A DNA stretch of 64,000 nucleotides from contig OZ244905.1 in NCBI GenBank assembly GCA_965221695.1, positions 762,355-826,354 on the forward strand, read 5' to 3'. Both the position numbers and the translations under genes were made by a program. Positions 27,934 through 38,186 of this stretch are shown one piece after another; position 1 is the first letter of the stretch, and every line of letters starts with the position of its first letter. The notes beneath the pieces were generated by a model. It did not search any database and was not told where the DNA came from. It was given only the letters and a program-made list of their open reading frames with translations. The stretch is from Gammaproteobacteria bacterium. Lineage in GTDB: Bacteria > Pseudomonadota > Gammaproteobacteria > Eutrophobiales > Eutrophobiaceae.

Positions 27934-30333
27934 TCAGTCCATGTCAATCTCATCGATCATCGAACCAGTGCCTTTTTCCCAGCGCTCCTCTCCAGCCTTC
28001 ATGATGAATTTCGGCTTGAAAATGTTCACCCAGGCTGGCACCAGGAACATCGCAGACGCCATGTTCATGATCAGCATGATGATAAGCAGGCGGGCCGCGT
28101 CCGCCTGGAAACGCAATTCGGAAATGAACACCCACATGATAATTCCGCCCACCAGGGTCGTAGCAGTCAGCGCAATGGCAACGCCGGTGGTGCTGACCGC
28201 GCGCCGGATCGCGTCCTGCACATTGTCGGCTACATGCATCTCCTCCTTGATGCGGTCCATCATGTAAATCGCGTAATCCACCCCAAGACCGATACCCACG
28301 GCTATCATCGGCACGGTATTGACGTTCAGCCCCATGTTCAGCAATCCCATGCAGGCATAGGTGAGCGTGGTGGCGAAGGTCATGGATACCAGCATCATGA
28401 AGCCGGAGTGGAACGAACCGTAAAACCAGAGAGTAAACGCCAGGATCAGCACCAATACCGCGGGCACGACGATGACATTGGTCTCAAAAGCCTCTTCGTT
28501 GATGGCCGCGGTCACCCCGACCGGGCCGCCTGCCAGGTCGATGTGCAGCCCCTCAATCCGGCTGCCGGTTGTATCTATCCATTCCTTGGCCATGTGGATC
28601 GCGCGCCGTATGGTCTCGCCTGTATGGTCCTTGTAATAGAACACCATGTTGGCCAGCCGGTCATCGGTATCGATATATTCCAGCAATGCGCCCTGGGTCG
28701 GCGCCGACATCATAAACATGAACAGCAGCCCGCCGATATTCTGGTCGATGGACGGGATCACCGCCCAACGCGGGTCATTGTTGCGAGTCATCTGGTTCAC
28801 CTGGGTCAGCAGGTTGTTGACCCCCTTCACACCGCCCAGTTTCGGGTCCAACAGCATGTGGTTCTGGAAATCCGCCAACGCTTTCATGATCTCCGGTTTT
28901 TTCAAACCACCTATTTCATCGGCGCGGGCAATGATGAACAGTTCCTCCGCTCCCGGAAAACGTTCATTGATCGCAGTGGATGAAACATTGAAATCATGGT
29001 CGTGATAGAGCAACGGTGAGCCCGGTTCCGGTTCCCCGATCTGCACCCAGGAACTGAAATACGTCGCGCAAAGAGCAATGATGAGACAGGTAATGAGCAC
29101 CGCTTTCGAACGTCCCCTGGTACCGACAACCTGGGCAAACTTGGGAAAGATCGCCCGCGCCAGGGTATGCTTGACGGCCACATCTTTGGGCCTTGGCAGT
29201 TCCGCCAGCAGCATCGGGATCACGATCAGCACGGTGACCACCATGCAGACCGCCCAGAACGACGCGTAAATGGCCATCTTGTCATTAATCGGCACCGAAC
29301 CCAAGCCGATGAGGTACAGCGCGGAGGCATCCGCAACGATGGCCAGCGCGCCGGGCCTGAACAACGCGTTGAAGGTGTTTCGGGCCGCTGGCACCTTCTC
29401 GCCGGTGCGCGACAACTCAAGGAAATAGCGTTCCATTTTCTGGATGCCGTGGGACATGGCGCGCGCAGAGATCAGAAACGGCACCACCAGCATCAGCGGA
29501 TCCAGGTTATAACCGAACACCCCCATGAAACCCACACCCCAGATACTGGTCAGGATCATGCCCAGCAACGGCAGCAGGATACCGTAAAGCCGGCGCGAGT
29601 AGAAAACCAGGATGCCCAGTACGATCAATATGGTATAGAAGAAGATGAGTAGGATATCGCCACTGTAGGAATCCACCCAACCCACCAGCACCGGGTGGCC
29701 GGTGGCGTGGATTTTCACTCCCGGCGCGGCCTCTTCCGCCCGGATCGCCTGGATTTCCTCAAACACCTTGCCGTAATCGAGCTGGCCTTCATTTAAGGTG
29801 CCCTTGATCAAGGCCGCTTTCATGTCCGGCGAAACCAGCAATCCGTAGACATTGGTACTGGCCAGCACGTCCCGTTGAATCTGCGCCAGTTGTTCTTCCG
29901 TGTATTCTTCGTGGTGCGGGTCGTAATAGTTCTGCGAACGGATGGTGCCATCCGGAGTCAGGAAGATCTTCCTGGTGTTGCGGTGGGTCAGGCTGGTCAC
30001 CAGGTTGTGGTTGATATTGGACACGCTGTCCAGCTTTTGGGTAATGCGGTGAATCCGGTCGAGGGCATCATTCGTGAAGATCGTCCCCTCCTCCACTTCC
30101 ATCGCCATGACGATGATATTGGCCCCGCCGAACGTATCGCGGATACTGTTATGCAGTTGTATGTACGGGTGTTCCTGGGGCAACAGGTCGGCAAAGTCCG
30201 AGAGCATGCGCACGGTGGGAATATTCCAGGCAAACATCGCGGTAATCAGGAATATCAGCGCCAGCACGAATTTCCGGTTGTTGAACAGGAAATTACCGAA
30301 TACCGGAAAAATCTGGCTGGTATCTAGTTTCAT
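27934..30333 (-). CDS. RND-superfamily exporter (MMPL/COG1033-like, two 6-TM bundles)
   Basis: 799 aa. Two hydrophobic multi-TM blocks separated by large soluble loops. Overlaps the upstream Ycf48-like gene by 4 nt. Confidence 0.8.
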   Translation of the reverse strand: MKLDTSQIFPVFGNFLFNNRKFVLALIFLITAMFAWNIPTVRMLSDFADLLPQEHPYIQLHNSIRDTFGGANIIVMAMEVEEGTIFTNDALDRIHRITQKLDSVSNINHNLVTSLTHRNTRKIFLTPDGTIRSQNYYDPHHEEYTEEQLAQIQRDVLASTNVYGLLVSPDMKAALIKGTLNEGQLDYGKVFEEIQAIRAEEAAPGVKIHATGHPVLVGWVDSYSGDILLIFFYTILIVLGILVFYSRRLYGILLPLLGMILTSIWGVGFMGVFGYNLDPLMLVVPFLISARAMSHGIQKMERYFLELSRTGEKVPAARNTFNALFRPGALAIVADASALYLIGLGSVPINDKMAIYASFWAVCMVVTVLIVIPMLLAELPRPKDVAVKHTLARAIFPKFAQVVGTRGRSKAVLITCLIIALCATYFSSWVQIGEPEPGSPLLYHDHDFNVSSTAINERFPGAEELFIIARADEIGGLKKPEIMKALADFQNHMLLDPKLGGVKGVNNLLTQVNQMTRNNDPRWAVIPSIDQNIGGLLFMFMMSAPTQGALLEYIDTDDRLANMVFYYKDHTGETIRRAIHMAKEWIDTTGSRIEGLHIDLAGGPVGVTAAINEEAFETNVIVVPAVLVLILAFTLWFYGSFHSGFMMLVSMTFATTLTYACMGLLNMGLNVNTVPMIAVGIGLGVDYAIYMMDRIKEEMHVADNVQDAIRRAVSTTGVAIALTATTLVGGIIMWVFISELRFQADAARLLIIMLIMNMASAMFLVPAWVNIFKPKFIMKAGEERWEKGTGSMIDEIDMD

Positions 30334-31319
30334 GATTTATCTCCCACCAGTTCCTGAGCTGAAAAAATTTCCAATACGCCTGCGGGTCCGCTCACGATCA
30401 AGCGCTGATCGGGTAACGGCATGATCCCGCGCAGGTACTGGCGGAACGGCCGGCCATGATCGAACGGCAACCACCTGTCTCCATCCAAACGGAAAATGCT
30501 GCCTTCACCACCGGTGACAAACAACTGGCCGTTGGCTTTTGCCAGCGTATACAATGTCACCAGGCTGCCGGTAGCTTGTGTCTCCCAGGTCTCTCCGCCA
30601 TCGTCCGTAGCCAGGACCACGCCGCCCAGGCCGGCGATCCAGCCCCGGTTCGGATCCTCAAAATACATGCTTTGCGGATAAAACTCGTCCGGCATCGGCG
30701 GCATGAATTCCCAGTTGGAGCCGGCATCGGCGGTTTTCAGCAAAGTGCCGAACTCGCCGGCGATATAGATGTTCTGATCATCGAAAAACTGGATGTCCGT
30801 AAAAATAATATCCTCATCCAGGGAGGTTACGTCCCAACTCACGCCGCCATCCCGGCTGACCGAGATGGTGGAAAAGCTGCCTACCACCCACAGGTTGCCG
30901 GCAGGGTCACACTGTATGGCCTGGGGCGCCTCCTCGGTCGCGAGTTGGCTCCTGTTCCAGCTCTCACCCTGGTCGTTCGACAGCCATACTTCACCTTCAA
31001 AGGCCAGCGCGGCAAACAGGCCACCGGCGCAACTGGTAATGTCCAGGAACGCCGGCCAGGAAGGGATTTGATAGCGTTGCCAGCTCGCGCCATCGTCTTG
31101 TGACGACAGGATGACACCACCGGAGCCGACTGCGACGATATTTTGCTGAAATGCACTGACGGCCTGGAAATTGTCGGTCCTGCGAATCGGGTTTTGCAGG
31201 GCTTTCTCGACCTCATCCAGCACCAACGGCGACTCGCAAGCGGATGCCAACACGCAGGCCACAGCCAACAGCCAGCGGCTTGCAAACCGGGCGCTCTCTT
31301 TGATGTAATTATTATTCAT
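30330..31319 (-). CDS. Ycf48-like BNR/Asp-box repeat lipoprotein (photosystem II stability/assembly-factor homolog)
   Basis: 329 aa. Lipobox LASAC. Four SxDxGxSW-type Asp-box repeats (SQDDGASW, SNDQGESW, SRDGGVSW, TDDGGETW, TADAGSNW). Confidence 0.8.
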   Translation of the reverse strand: MNNNYIKESARFASRWLLAVACVLASACESPLVLDEVEKALQNPIRRTDNFQAVSAFQQNIVAVGSGGVILSSQDDGASWQRYQIPSWPAFLDITSCAGGLFAALAFEGEVWLSNDQGESWNRSQLATEEAPQAIQCDPAGNLWVVGSFSTISVSRDGGVSWDVTSLDEDIIFTDIQFFDDQNIYIAGEFGTLLKTADAGSNWEFMPPMPDEFYPQSMYFEDPNRGWIAGLGGVVLATDDGGETWETQATGSLVTLYTLAKANGQLFVTGGEGSIFRLDGDRWLPFDHGRPFRQYLRGIMPLPDQRLIVSGPAGVLEIFSAQELVGDKS

Positions 31320-31401
31320 GTTTCCCCTAAATTAACCCTCATAAACAGCGCGCTGCGCATCCTGGCCGCATGTAATTGTTGACATAATCCAAATCACGCC
31401 C

Positions 31402-31510
31402 CCGTACCACTCGTGCGAAACACCACCTTACCACTCCCGCAAAACACCAACTTACCACTCCCGCGAAAGCGGGAGTCCAGTCAATTACTGTGTCGCCCGC
31501 AGGGCGACCC
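31402..31510. repeat. REP-like compound hairpin repeat, copy 3
   Basis: CCACTCGTGCGAAACACC, CCACTCCCGCAAAACACC, CCACTCCCGCGAAAGCGGGAGTCCAGTCAATTACTGTGTCGCCCGCAGGGCGACC. The ~50-nt core is nearly identical to 8041-8095. Confidence 0.8.
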
Positions 31511-31523
31511 GTTATTATAGTTT

Positions 31524-32312
31524 TCAAACCATCCGAAAACTGACCTTCCCCAAGTCCTGGAAGCGCACATTGATCGTATCGCCTTTGTCCAGAGCAACCG
31601 CCGCCGTGATTCCCCCGGTCATTATGAACGTCCCTGCGGGTATGGTCTCACCGCGCGCAGCCAGCATGTTCGCCAGCATCGCCACGCTCAGGGCAGGATG
31701 CCCCAACACTGCGGCGCCGGCGCCGGTCTCAACCACTTCTCCGTTTTTCTCCATCACCACCCCAAGGGCCGGCAAGTCCAGGGAGTCCGCGCCACGCAAG
31801 ACACTGCCGACGACAAAGCCTGCGGCGGAAGTATTATCGGCAATGACGCTCTTCAGGTCAAAACGAAAATTTTCATAGCGGGAATCGATGATCTCCAACG
31901 CCGCCGTAACAAAATCAACGGCTTGCAATACCTGGCCGATATGGCATCCGGGACCGGCCAGTTCCGCTTTTGTCACGACAGCCACCTCCGCTTCCACGCG
32001 CGGGTGGATAAACGCTGAGCAGTCAATCTCAGCGCCATCGGCGTAACCGCCGGTAGCAGGCAGGAAACCGTATACCGGATCGGACACCCCCATCTGCCGC
32101 ATCTTGGCCTGGGAGGTCAGGCCCATTTTCAGGCCGGCGATGCGGATGCCGCGTTCTTCTTTGCGCCGGCGGATCTCGTACTGGATGGCGTAGGCGTCCT
32201 CCCAGTCCAGTTCCGGGTAGTCATCGGTAATCTTCGTTACCGCTTGCCGGTTGAGTTCGGCATTCTCCAGCCGCTCGGCCAGTTGCCTGATGGTTTTTTG
32301 ATCCAGCGTCAT
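31524..32312 (-). CDS. 4-oxalocrotonate decarboxylase (XylI/DmpH-like)
   Basis: 262 aa. Collinear high similarity to XylI ([10 protein letters not shown]...GLKMGLTS...[21 protein letters not shown]...[27 protein letters not shown]). Position at the end of the meta operon. Confidence 0.85.
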   Translation of the reverse strand: MTLDQKTIRQLAERLENAELNRQAVTKITDDYPELDWEDAYAIQYEIRRRKEERGIRIAGLKMGLTSQAKMRQMGVSDPVYGFLPATGGYADGAEIDCSAFIHPRVEAEVAVVTKAELAGPGCHIGQVLQAVDFVTAALEIIDSRYENFRFDLKSVIADNTSAAGFVVGSVLRGADSLDLPALGVVMEKNGEVVETGAGAAVLGHPALSVAMLANMLAARGETIPAGTFIMTGGITAAVALDKGDTINVRFQDLGKVSFRMV

Positions 32313-33349
32313 TGCACTGCCTTTATTTCACGCCGCGCCCGCGCCATGTTCAGCGCAACGTCTTCGATCATGTCTTCCTGGCCGCCGATGGTCTTCATCT
32401 TCCCCAGCTCGACCAGGATGTCGCCCGAAGGCAGCTTGTATTTTTCACCGACGCGCTTCGCGTGCAGCAGGAACGAAGAGTAGACACCGGCATAACCCAT
32501 GATCAACGAGTCACGGTCGACCCGGATCAACTGGTCCATTATCGGCACCACCACATCTTCCGCAACGTTCATCAATTTGAATACATCCACGCCGGTTTTG
32601 ACGCCCATGCGGTCCAGCACCGCGTTGAACACCTCAAGCGGCGTGTTGCCGGCGCCGGCGCCCAGCCCCGCGGCGGAACCGTCAATCCGGTCGGCGCCCG
32701 CTTCGACTGCGGCCAGTGAATTGGCAATGCCCATTGCCAGGTTATGGTGCCCGTGAAAGCCAATCTCGGTATCGGCTTGCAGGCCGGCGCGCAATGCCCC
32801 GATGCGGGCCGTGACATCATCCGGCAGCATATAGCCGGCAGAATCGGTGCAGTAAATGCAGTTGGCGCCATAGGATTCCATCAATTTGCCCTGTTCAAGC
32901 AACTGTTCCGGTTCCACCATATGCGCCATCATCAGGAAACCGACGGTATCCAGGCCCAGTTTTCGAGCTGAACTGATATGTTGTTCCGAGACATCCGCCT
33001 CGGTGCAATGGGTCGCGACGCGGATGGTATGGACTCCACAATCCCGCGCCATGTTCAAATGATCCACGGTGCCGATACCCGGCAACAGCAAGGCCGACAC
33101 ATTTGCCTGCTTCATACGCGGCGTGACCGCTTGCAGGTACTCTTCATCGGAGCTGGCAGGAAAGCCGTAATTGATGGAGGCGCCACCCAGGCCATCGCCA
33201 TGGGTCACTTCGATAAGGTGGACGCCTGCGTCATCCAGCGCGGAAGCGACATCGATCATCTGCTCAGTCGTGATCTGGTGGCGCTTGGCATGCATCCCGT
33301 CGCGCAGGCACATATCATGCAGTTTTACTGTTTTTCCGTTTAGATTCAT
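32309..33349 (-). CDS. 4-hydroxy-2-oxovalerate aldolase (DmpG/MhpE/BphI-like)
   Basis: 346 aa. DRE-TIM N-terminus [13 protein letters not shown]...[13 protein letters not shown]. 4-nt overlap with the decarboxylase gene. Confidence 0.9.
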   Translation of the reverse strand: MNLNGKTVKLHDMCLRDGMHAKRHQITTEQMIDVASALDDAGVHLIEVTHGDGLGGASINYGFPASSDEEYLQAVTPRMKQANVSALLLPGIGTVDHLNMARDCGVHTIRVATHCTEADVSEQHISSARKLGLDTVGFLMMAHMVEPEQLLEQGKLMESYGANCIYCTDSAGYMLPDDVTARIGALRAGLQADTEIGFHGHHNLAMGIANSLAAVEAGADRIDGSAAGLGAGAGNTPLEVFNAVLDRMGVKTGVDVFKLMNVAEDVVVPIMDQLIRVDRDSLIMGYAGVYSSFLLHAKRVGEKYKLPSGDILVELGKMKTIGGQEDMIEDVALNMARARREIKAVQ

Positions 33350-33392
33350 GGTGTTGTTGTATCAGTTTCGACTTGATCGCTGTTTTGTGGGG

Positions 33393-34301
33393 CTAAGCGT
33401 TGGCCGCATCCAGGCGCAATGCGCCGTTGATGATTTCTTCCGCGAACATCTCACCGGTTCGCAGCGCCGCGGCGGTCATGATGTCCAGGTTGCCCGCGTA
33501 ATCCGGCAGGTAATCTCCCAGACCCTTCACCTCCATGAAGATGGAGACGCGCCGGCCGTCGAATACCGGGCCGTTTTTCAATTGGTAGCCGGGCACGTAC
33601 TTCTGCACTTCCCGGATCATGTCGTGGACGGATTTGCGGATAGCATCCTGGTCGGGATCGTCCTGCGTCAGGCAATGGATGGTGTCGCGCATGATCAGCG
33701 GGGGTTCAGCAGGGTTGAGGATGATGATGGCCTTGCCGCGTCCGGCGCCGCCTACCCGTTCCAGCCCGTTGGCCGTGGTGCGGGTGAACTCATCGATATT
33801 CTTGCGGGTGCCCGGGCCGGCGGATTTCGACGCGACAGTCGCCACGATCTCTGCGTATTCCACCGGTTGTACCCTGCTTACCGCGGCTACCATCGGGATT
33901 GTCGCCTGGCCACCGCAACTGACCATGTTCACGTTGGTCTCCTGTTTGCCGACATGTTCCTGCAGGTTTACGGGCGGCACACAATACGGGCCGATGGCAG
34001 CCGGCGTCAGGTCGATGACCAGCACACCCCGTTGTTCCAGCTTCCGGGAGTTCTCCGGGTGGACCGAGGCAGAGGTCGCATCGAAGGCGATCCTGATACC
34101 GTCTTTTTCAATATGTTCGAGCAACGCATCCACGCCTTCGTGGGTGGTCTTCAGGCCGCTCGCGCCGGCCTTTGCCAGGCCGTCCGAGTTCGGGTCGATT
34201 CCCACCATCCACACCGGGTTGATGCGATCACTGCGCAGCGCCTTTATCATCAGGTCCGTGCCGATATTGCCGGAACCGACCAAAGCAGCATTAACTTTCA
34301 T
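33393..34301 (-). CDS. Acetaldehyde dehydrogenase (acetylating) (DmpF/MhpF/BphJ-like)
   Basis: 302 aa. [27 protein letters not shown]-binding start. Catalytic Cys region [12 protein letters not shown]. Confidence 0.9.
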   Translation of the reverse strand: MKVNAALVGSGNIGTDLMIKALRSDRINPVWMVGIDPNSDGLAKAGASGLKTTHEGVDALLEHIEKDGIRIAFDATSASVHPENSRKLEQRGVLVIDLTPAAIGPYCVPPVNLQEHVGKQETNVNMVSCGGQATIPMVAAVSRVQPVEYAEIVATVASKSAGPGTRKNIDEFTRTTANGLERVGGAGRGKAIIILNPAEPPLIMRDTIHCLTQDDPDQDAIRKSVHDMIREVQKYVPGYQLKNGPVFDGRRVSIFMEVKGLGDYLPDYAGNLDIMTAAALRTGEMFAEEIINGALRLDAANA

Positions 34302-34327
34302 ATTCAGTTTACCCCTGTCCTCTATCC

Positions 34328-35119
34328 TCAGTTGAACCGCACCGATGCGTTGCCGATTCCGCCGACAGCCAGGGTCATTACATCTCCGGGCACGACGGGG
34401 TGCAGCGGCACCAGGGAACCGGACAGGATCACTTCACCCGCTTCCAGCTTGATACCGAACTCGCCCAGGGTGTTCGCCAACCAGGCCACACAGTTTACTG
34501 GTGAACCCAGCGCCGCGGCGCCGGCGCCGGTGGCGATAACTTCACCATTTTTGGTATGTACCATGCCGCAGGTCACCAGGTCCACGGCGCGCGGGCTCAC
34601 GGCCCGATCTCCGAGCAGGAACGCCCCGCAGGACGCGTTATCGGCAATGGTGTCTTGTATCTTTATCTTCCAATCCTGAATACGGGAATCCACGATTTCA
34701 AAACAGGGCATCACACATTCCGTGGCGCGCAGCACCTCGGCATTGGTGATACCCGGACCATCCAGGTCGTGTTTCAGGATGAACGCGATCTCACCCTCTG
34801 CCCTGGGCTGGATCATTTCCGCGCTGATGGGTACTTCGTCGCCGTCGTTGTAGACCATGCGGTCGGTCAGGTAACCGAAGTCCGGCTGGTTGACCTGCAG
34901 CATATTCATAACCGCCTTGCTAGTAACACCAATCTTCTTGCCGATGATTTTCTCGCCGTCATCCAGGCGCCGTTGCAGTAATTGCAGCGAAATGCGGTAG
35001 GAGTCCTCAATGGTGATATCCGGTTCCTGGTCTGTCAGTGGCTCGATGGTCTTGCGCGCGCGCAGGCAATCGTACAAGGTATTGCCATAAGACAGTATTT
35101 TTTCTTCAGTCAGGCTCAT
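34328..35119 (-). CDS. 2-oxopent-4-enoate hydratase (XylJ/DmpE/MhpD-like)
   Basis: About 263 aa from the ATG at 35119. Close similarity to XylJ ([28 protein letters not shown]...[47 protein letters not shown]). Confidence 0.85.
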   Translation of the reverse strand: MSLTEEKILSYGNTLYDCLRARKTIEPLTDQEPDITIEDSYRISLQLLQRRLDDGEKIIGKKIGVTSKAVMNMLQVNQPDFGYLTDRMVYNDGDEVPISAEMIQPRAEGEIAFILKHDLDGPGITNAEVLRATECVMPCFEIVDSRIQDWKIKIQDTIADNASCGAFLLGDRAVSPRAVDLVTCGMVHTKNGEVIATGAGAAALGSPVNCVAWLANTLGEFGIKLEAGEVILSGSLVPLHPVVPGDVMTLAVGGIGNASVRFN

Positions 35120-35148
35120 TATTTCTGTCACAGTGTCGGATTGAATTC

Positions 35149-36639
35149 CTACAGTTTCACACACACGTTGCGCATCTCGGTGTAGAACTCAAGTGAGTGT
35201 ACACCACCTTCGCGGCCTATGCCCGATTGTTTGGAGCCGCCGAACGGAGTCCTGAGATCGCGCAGGAACCAGCAGTTGACCCAGGTGATGCCGACATCAA
35301 TGGCGGCGGCGACCCGGTGCGCGCGGGATGCATTCCCGGTCCAGATCGCCGTTGCCAGGCCGTAGCGCGTGTCATTGGCCATCGCAATCACTTCGGCCTC
35401 ATCGTCAAAAGGCTGTACATGGCAGCAAGGACCAAAGATCTCCTCCCGGATGACCGGCGATGATTCAGGCAGGCCCGTCCAGATGGTCGGTTCCACCCAG
35501 AAGCCGCCGGCCAGATCGTCGTGCACTTGCGGAATACCGCCGCCGGTTACGACCTGCGCGCCCTCTTCCCTGGCCTTTTCATAGTAGGACAGCACTTTTT
35601 CCCGCTGCTGCCGGCTAATCATCGGCCCCAGAGTGGTGGTTGCCAGTTCCGGCTTGCCGGTTGCCAGGTTTTCGGCGCCCAGTCTGAGCCGGTCCACGAA
35701 TTCATCGAATACCGGGCGCTCCACGTAAACCCGTTCCGTTCCCAGGCAGACCTGGCCGCAGTTGGCGAATACCGAACGCATGGCCCCTTCCAGGGCCTTG
35801 TCCATATCGCAGTCGGCAAACACCACGCCCGCGTTTTTGCCGCCCATTTCAAAGGAGACATCGCGCAGCCCTACGGCTGCGGCTTTCATGATTTGCGAAC
35901 CGGTGGTTGTCTCACCGGTAAACGTGATCGCGTCCACGCCCTGGTGCGTGGTCAGGTACTCGCCGGCAGATTCCGGCCCGAAACCATGCACGACATTGTA
36001 TACGCCAGCGGGAATACCCACCGCATTCATCACCTCACCCAACAGGGTCGCGGTCGCCGGAGTCTCTTCGGACGGCTTGACCACGACCGCATTACCACAG
36101 GCCAGCGCCGGACCGACCTTCCAGGTCATCAGTAACAGCGGCAGGTTCCAGGGACAGATCACGCCGATGACCCCCTTGGGCACGCGCAGCGCATAATTCA
36201 ATGCGCCGGCGCCGTCCGGCGTGTCCATCATGAAGGATTCCGCCGGCACATTCTTGATCACATCGGCAAATATCTTGAAATTGGCCGCGCCCCGGGGTAT
36301 ATCCACATGCCGCGCGAGCGACCAGGGCTTGCCGGTATCAAGACACTCCGCTTCGACAAAATCATCGAACCTGGCGTTGATGCCATCGGCCAGCTCATAC
36401 AGTAAAGCCACGCGTTGCTCTACGGTCAGTGAACCCCAAGGGCCTTCGAGAGCGGCCCGCGCCGCTTCGACTGCCGCATCGACTTCATCACGACCCGCTT
36501 CATGGACCTGCGCATAGGCCTCCCCCGTCACCGGGTTCAGCGTGTCAAACATTCTGCCGCCGGCAGATCCGACAAACTCGCCGCCGATAAAATGGCAGAA
36601 CGGCGACCCGGATACAACCTGTTTTACTTGAGCATGCAT
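35149..36639 (-). CDS. 2-hydroxymuconic semialdehyde dehydrogenase (XylG/DmpC-like NAD+ aldehyde dehydrogenase)
   Basis: About 496 aa from the ATG at 36639 (GGAG RBS). ALDH motifs and XylG-like segments PDGAGALNYA, VICPWNLPLLLMTWKVGPALACGN, FGGSKQSGIGREGG, C-terminal ...EFYTEMRNVCVKL. The track ORF is over-extended to 36666. Confidence 0.88.
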   Translation of the reverse strand: MHAQVKQVVSGSPFCHFIGGEFVGSAGGRMFDTLNPVTGEAYAQVHEAGRDEVDAAVEAARAALEGPWGSLTVEQRVALLYELADGINARFDDFVEAECLDTGKPWSLARHVDIPRGAANFKIFADVIKNVPAESFMMDTPDGAGALNYALRVPKGVIGVICPWNLPLLLMTWKVGPALACGNAVVVKPSEETPATATLLGEVMNAVGIPAGVYNVVHGFGPESAGEYLTTHQGVDAITFTGETTTGSQIMKAAAVGLRDVSFEMGGKNAGVVFADCDMDKALEGAMRSVFANCGQVCLGTERVYVERPVFDEFVDRLRLGAENLATGKPELATTTLGPMISRQQREKVLSYYEKAREEGAQVVTGGGIPQVHDDLAGGFWVEPTIWTGLPESSPVIREEIFGPCCHVQPFDDEAEVIAMANDTRYGLATAIWTGNASRAHRVAAAIDVGITWVNCWFLRDLRTPFGGSKQSGIGREGGVHSLEFYTEMRNVCVKL

Positions 36640-36669
36640 TTTTTTCTGACTCCTATTACACCCCAATAT

Positions 36670-36838
36670 TATTCCCGCTTAAGCGGAAAGCCAGCTAACA
36701 AAGTATCGCCTGTCAGGCGATACGCTATCATACTGGACTCCCGCTTACGTGGGAGTAGTACGAGCATCGCTCCTACTCCAGTACCATTCCCGCGAAAGCG
36801 GGAATCCAGTGAAACAAACCGTCGCTTCAGCGACACTA
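36670..36838. repeat. REP-like compound hairpin repeat cluster, copy 4 (fills the HMSD-GlcG intergenic region)
   Basis: TTCCCGCTTAAGCGGGAAAG, GTATCGCCTGTCAGGCGATAC, CTCCCGCTTACGTGGGAG, TTCCCGCGAAAGCGGGAATCCAGTGAAAC, CGTCGCTTCAGCGACACTAT. Confidence 0.8.
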
Positions 36839-36840
36839 TA

Positions 36841-37269
36841 TTATTCCGGGGCCAAATACCCCAGCGCATATTCGGCTATTTCCCCATCCTGTTGTTCCGA
36901 AGCGCCGGAAACGCCTATCGCGCCGATACGGCGCCCGCCAATCTCAATCGGCGCCCCACCACCACAAACCATCAACCGGTCAGCATTGGGGAGACCGATT
37001 CTGCACGCCGGCGACAGGGAATCCAATACTTCTCCCCATTTCGATGTCGGCATGCCGAAACTCATAGCCGTGTAAGCCTTGTTGATCGCCAGGTCAACGG
37101 AATGAAACGCCGAACCCGGCATGCGCAAAAACGCGGCAAGATGCCCGCCGCTGTCCACTACTGCGACATTGACTTTCACGCCTAACTCCTCCGCCCGCGT
37201 TACCGCAGCCTGAACCAGTGCGTGAGCCGCTTCCCAGTGGATGCTGCCCTGATCTACCACCACTTTCAT
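36841..37269 (-). CDS. GlcG/HbpS-family (DUF336) haem-binding-like protein
   Basis: 142 aa. Family-typical length and the pattern ...AVVDSGGHL.AF.RMDGA...A..KA.TA... 4-nt overlap with the upstream GST gene. Confidence 0.65.
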   Translation of the reverse strand: MKVVVDQGSIHWEAAHALVQAAVTRAEELGVKVNVAVVDSGGHLAAFLRMPGSAFHSVDLAINKAYTAMSFGMPTSKWGEVLDSLSPACRIGLPNADRLMVCGGGAPIEIGGRRIGAIGVSGASEQQDGEIAEYALGYLAPE

Positions 37270-38054
37270 CTGTTCAGATGCGCTTGTATCTTGCGCCAGG
37301 GGGCCTGCCCCTTGTGCTTGAGTTCAGCCATTTTTTCCGCAGAAAAATCAGCCGCGACCCCAACCTGGTAAGACGGCCGGTCAACGCAACGCGCATACCA
37401 GTCAGCGACCCGTTTGCGCGACTGGTACCAGTCTGCCCAGCCGAATTGGAACAGGGTTTGAAAATACGGGGACATGGCCGCGTCCGCCAGCGAGAACCGA
37501 TCGCCCGCAAGCCAATCCTGGGTTTCCAGCGTGCGTTCCATGTCGGCAATGGTCTTCTCGTAGGTCGCCACTGCGTCGACGATATCGGGCGCATCATAGC
37601 CCATCTTCAGCAGCCGCCTCTGCCGCTCTCGCCGGGGTTTCTCGACAACCCGGTCAATGACAGCATTCATCTCCGCTTCTGAAAGCATTTTGAGCTTGTC
37701 CGCCATAACCAGCGGCCATTGCAACGCGCCGCAACTCGGGTGCACCTTGATGTCAATGTGTTTCATCCACAGACGCATCTGCGCGCTATGGTAGGGATTG
37801 TCCGGACGCATATCCGGTTCAGGAAACTTGTCCTGCAGGTACTCGCAGATGATGGAGGATTCGATTACCGACCTGCCATCGTCGACCAGGGTCGGCACCA
37901 CGCCCAACGGGTTCAGCTTGAGATAGTCCGGCGCAAGATTTTCCTTCTCCGCCAGTTCCACGTGACGCTTTTCCCAATCCAGGTCTTTTTCTGCCAGTAC
38001 GATGCGCACCTTCTGCGAACAGGGCGACATGGGATGAGTGTATAATTCAAGCAT
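37266..38054 (-). CDS. Glutathione S-transferase-family protein (Cys-containing N-terminal thioredoxin-like domain)
   Basis: 262 aa. N-terminus LELYTHPMSPCSQKVRIVLAEKDL (GST_N with an active-site-region Cys). C-terminal alpha-helical GST_C-like domain. Confidence 0.75.
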   Translation of the reverse strand: MLELYTHPMSPCSQKVRIVLAEKDLDWEKRHVELAEKENLAPDYLKLNPLGVVPTLVDDGRSVIESSIICEYLQDKFPEPDMRPDNPYHSAQMRLWMKHIDIKVHPSCGALQWPLVMADKLKMLSEAEMNAVIDRVVEKPRRERQRRLLKMGYDAPDIVDAVATYEKTIADMERTLETQDWLAGDRFSLADAAMSPYFQTLFQFGWADWYQSRKRVADWYARCVDRPSYQVGVAADFSAEKMAELKHKGQAPWRKIQAHLNR

Positions 38055-38186
38055 TATGGGTTCGCCTCATCGTTATCGTCATCGTTAATTCCTGCGGCCC
38101 GCGCGTATGTTCTTCGGGCTTATGTTCTTGGCGCTTGTGCTGCCAGTGGATTGCATCTGATATTATGGATATAATTTATTTTATCG

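Noticed and set aside
24272-29652. Plus-strand ORFs (235, 271, 249, 161 aa) opposite the DUF1329, DUF1302 and RND genes
   Set aside because: Antisense artefacts of high-GC coding sequence. They are fully contained in genes with signal peptides and family features.
33171-34679. 502-aa plus-strand ORF spanning the acetaldehyde dehydrogenase and hydratase genes
   Set aside because: It crosses two strongly supported meta-pathway genes on the other strand. It is not coding.
36640-36666. Extended N-terminus (MGCNRSQKK...) of the HMSD dehydrogenase ORF
   Set aside because: The internal ATG at 36639 has a GGAG RBS and matches the XylG/DmpC start. The extension lies in the REP region.
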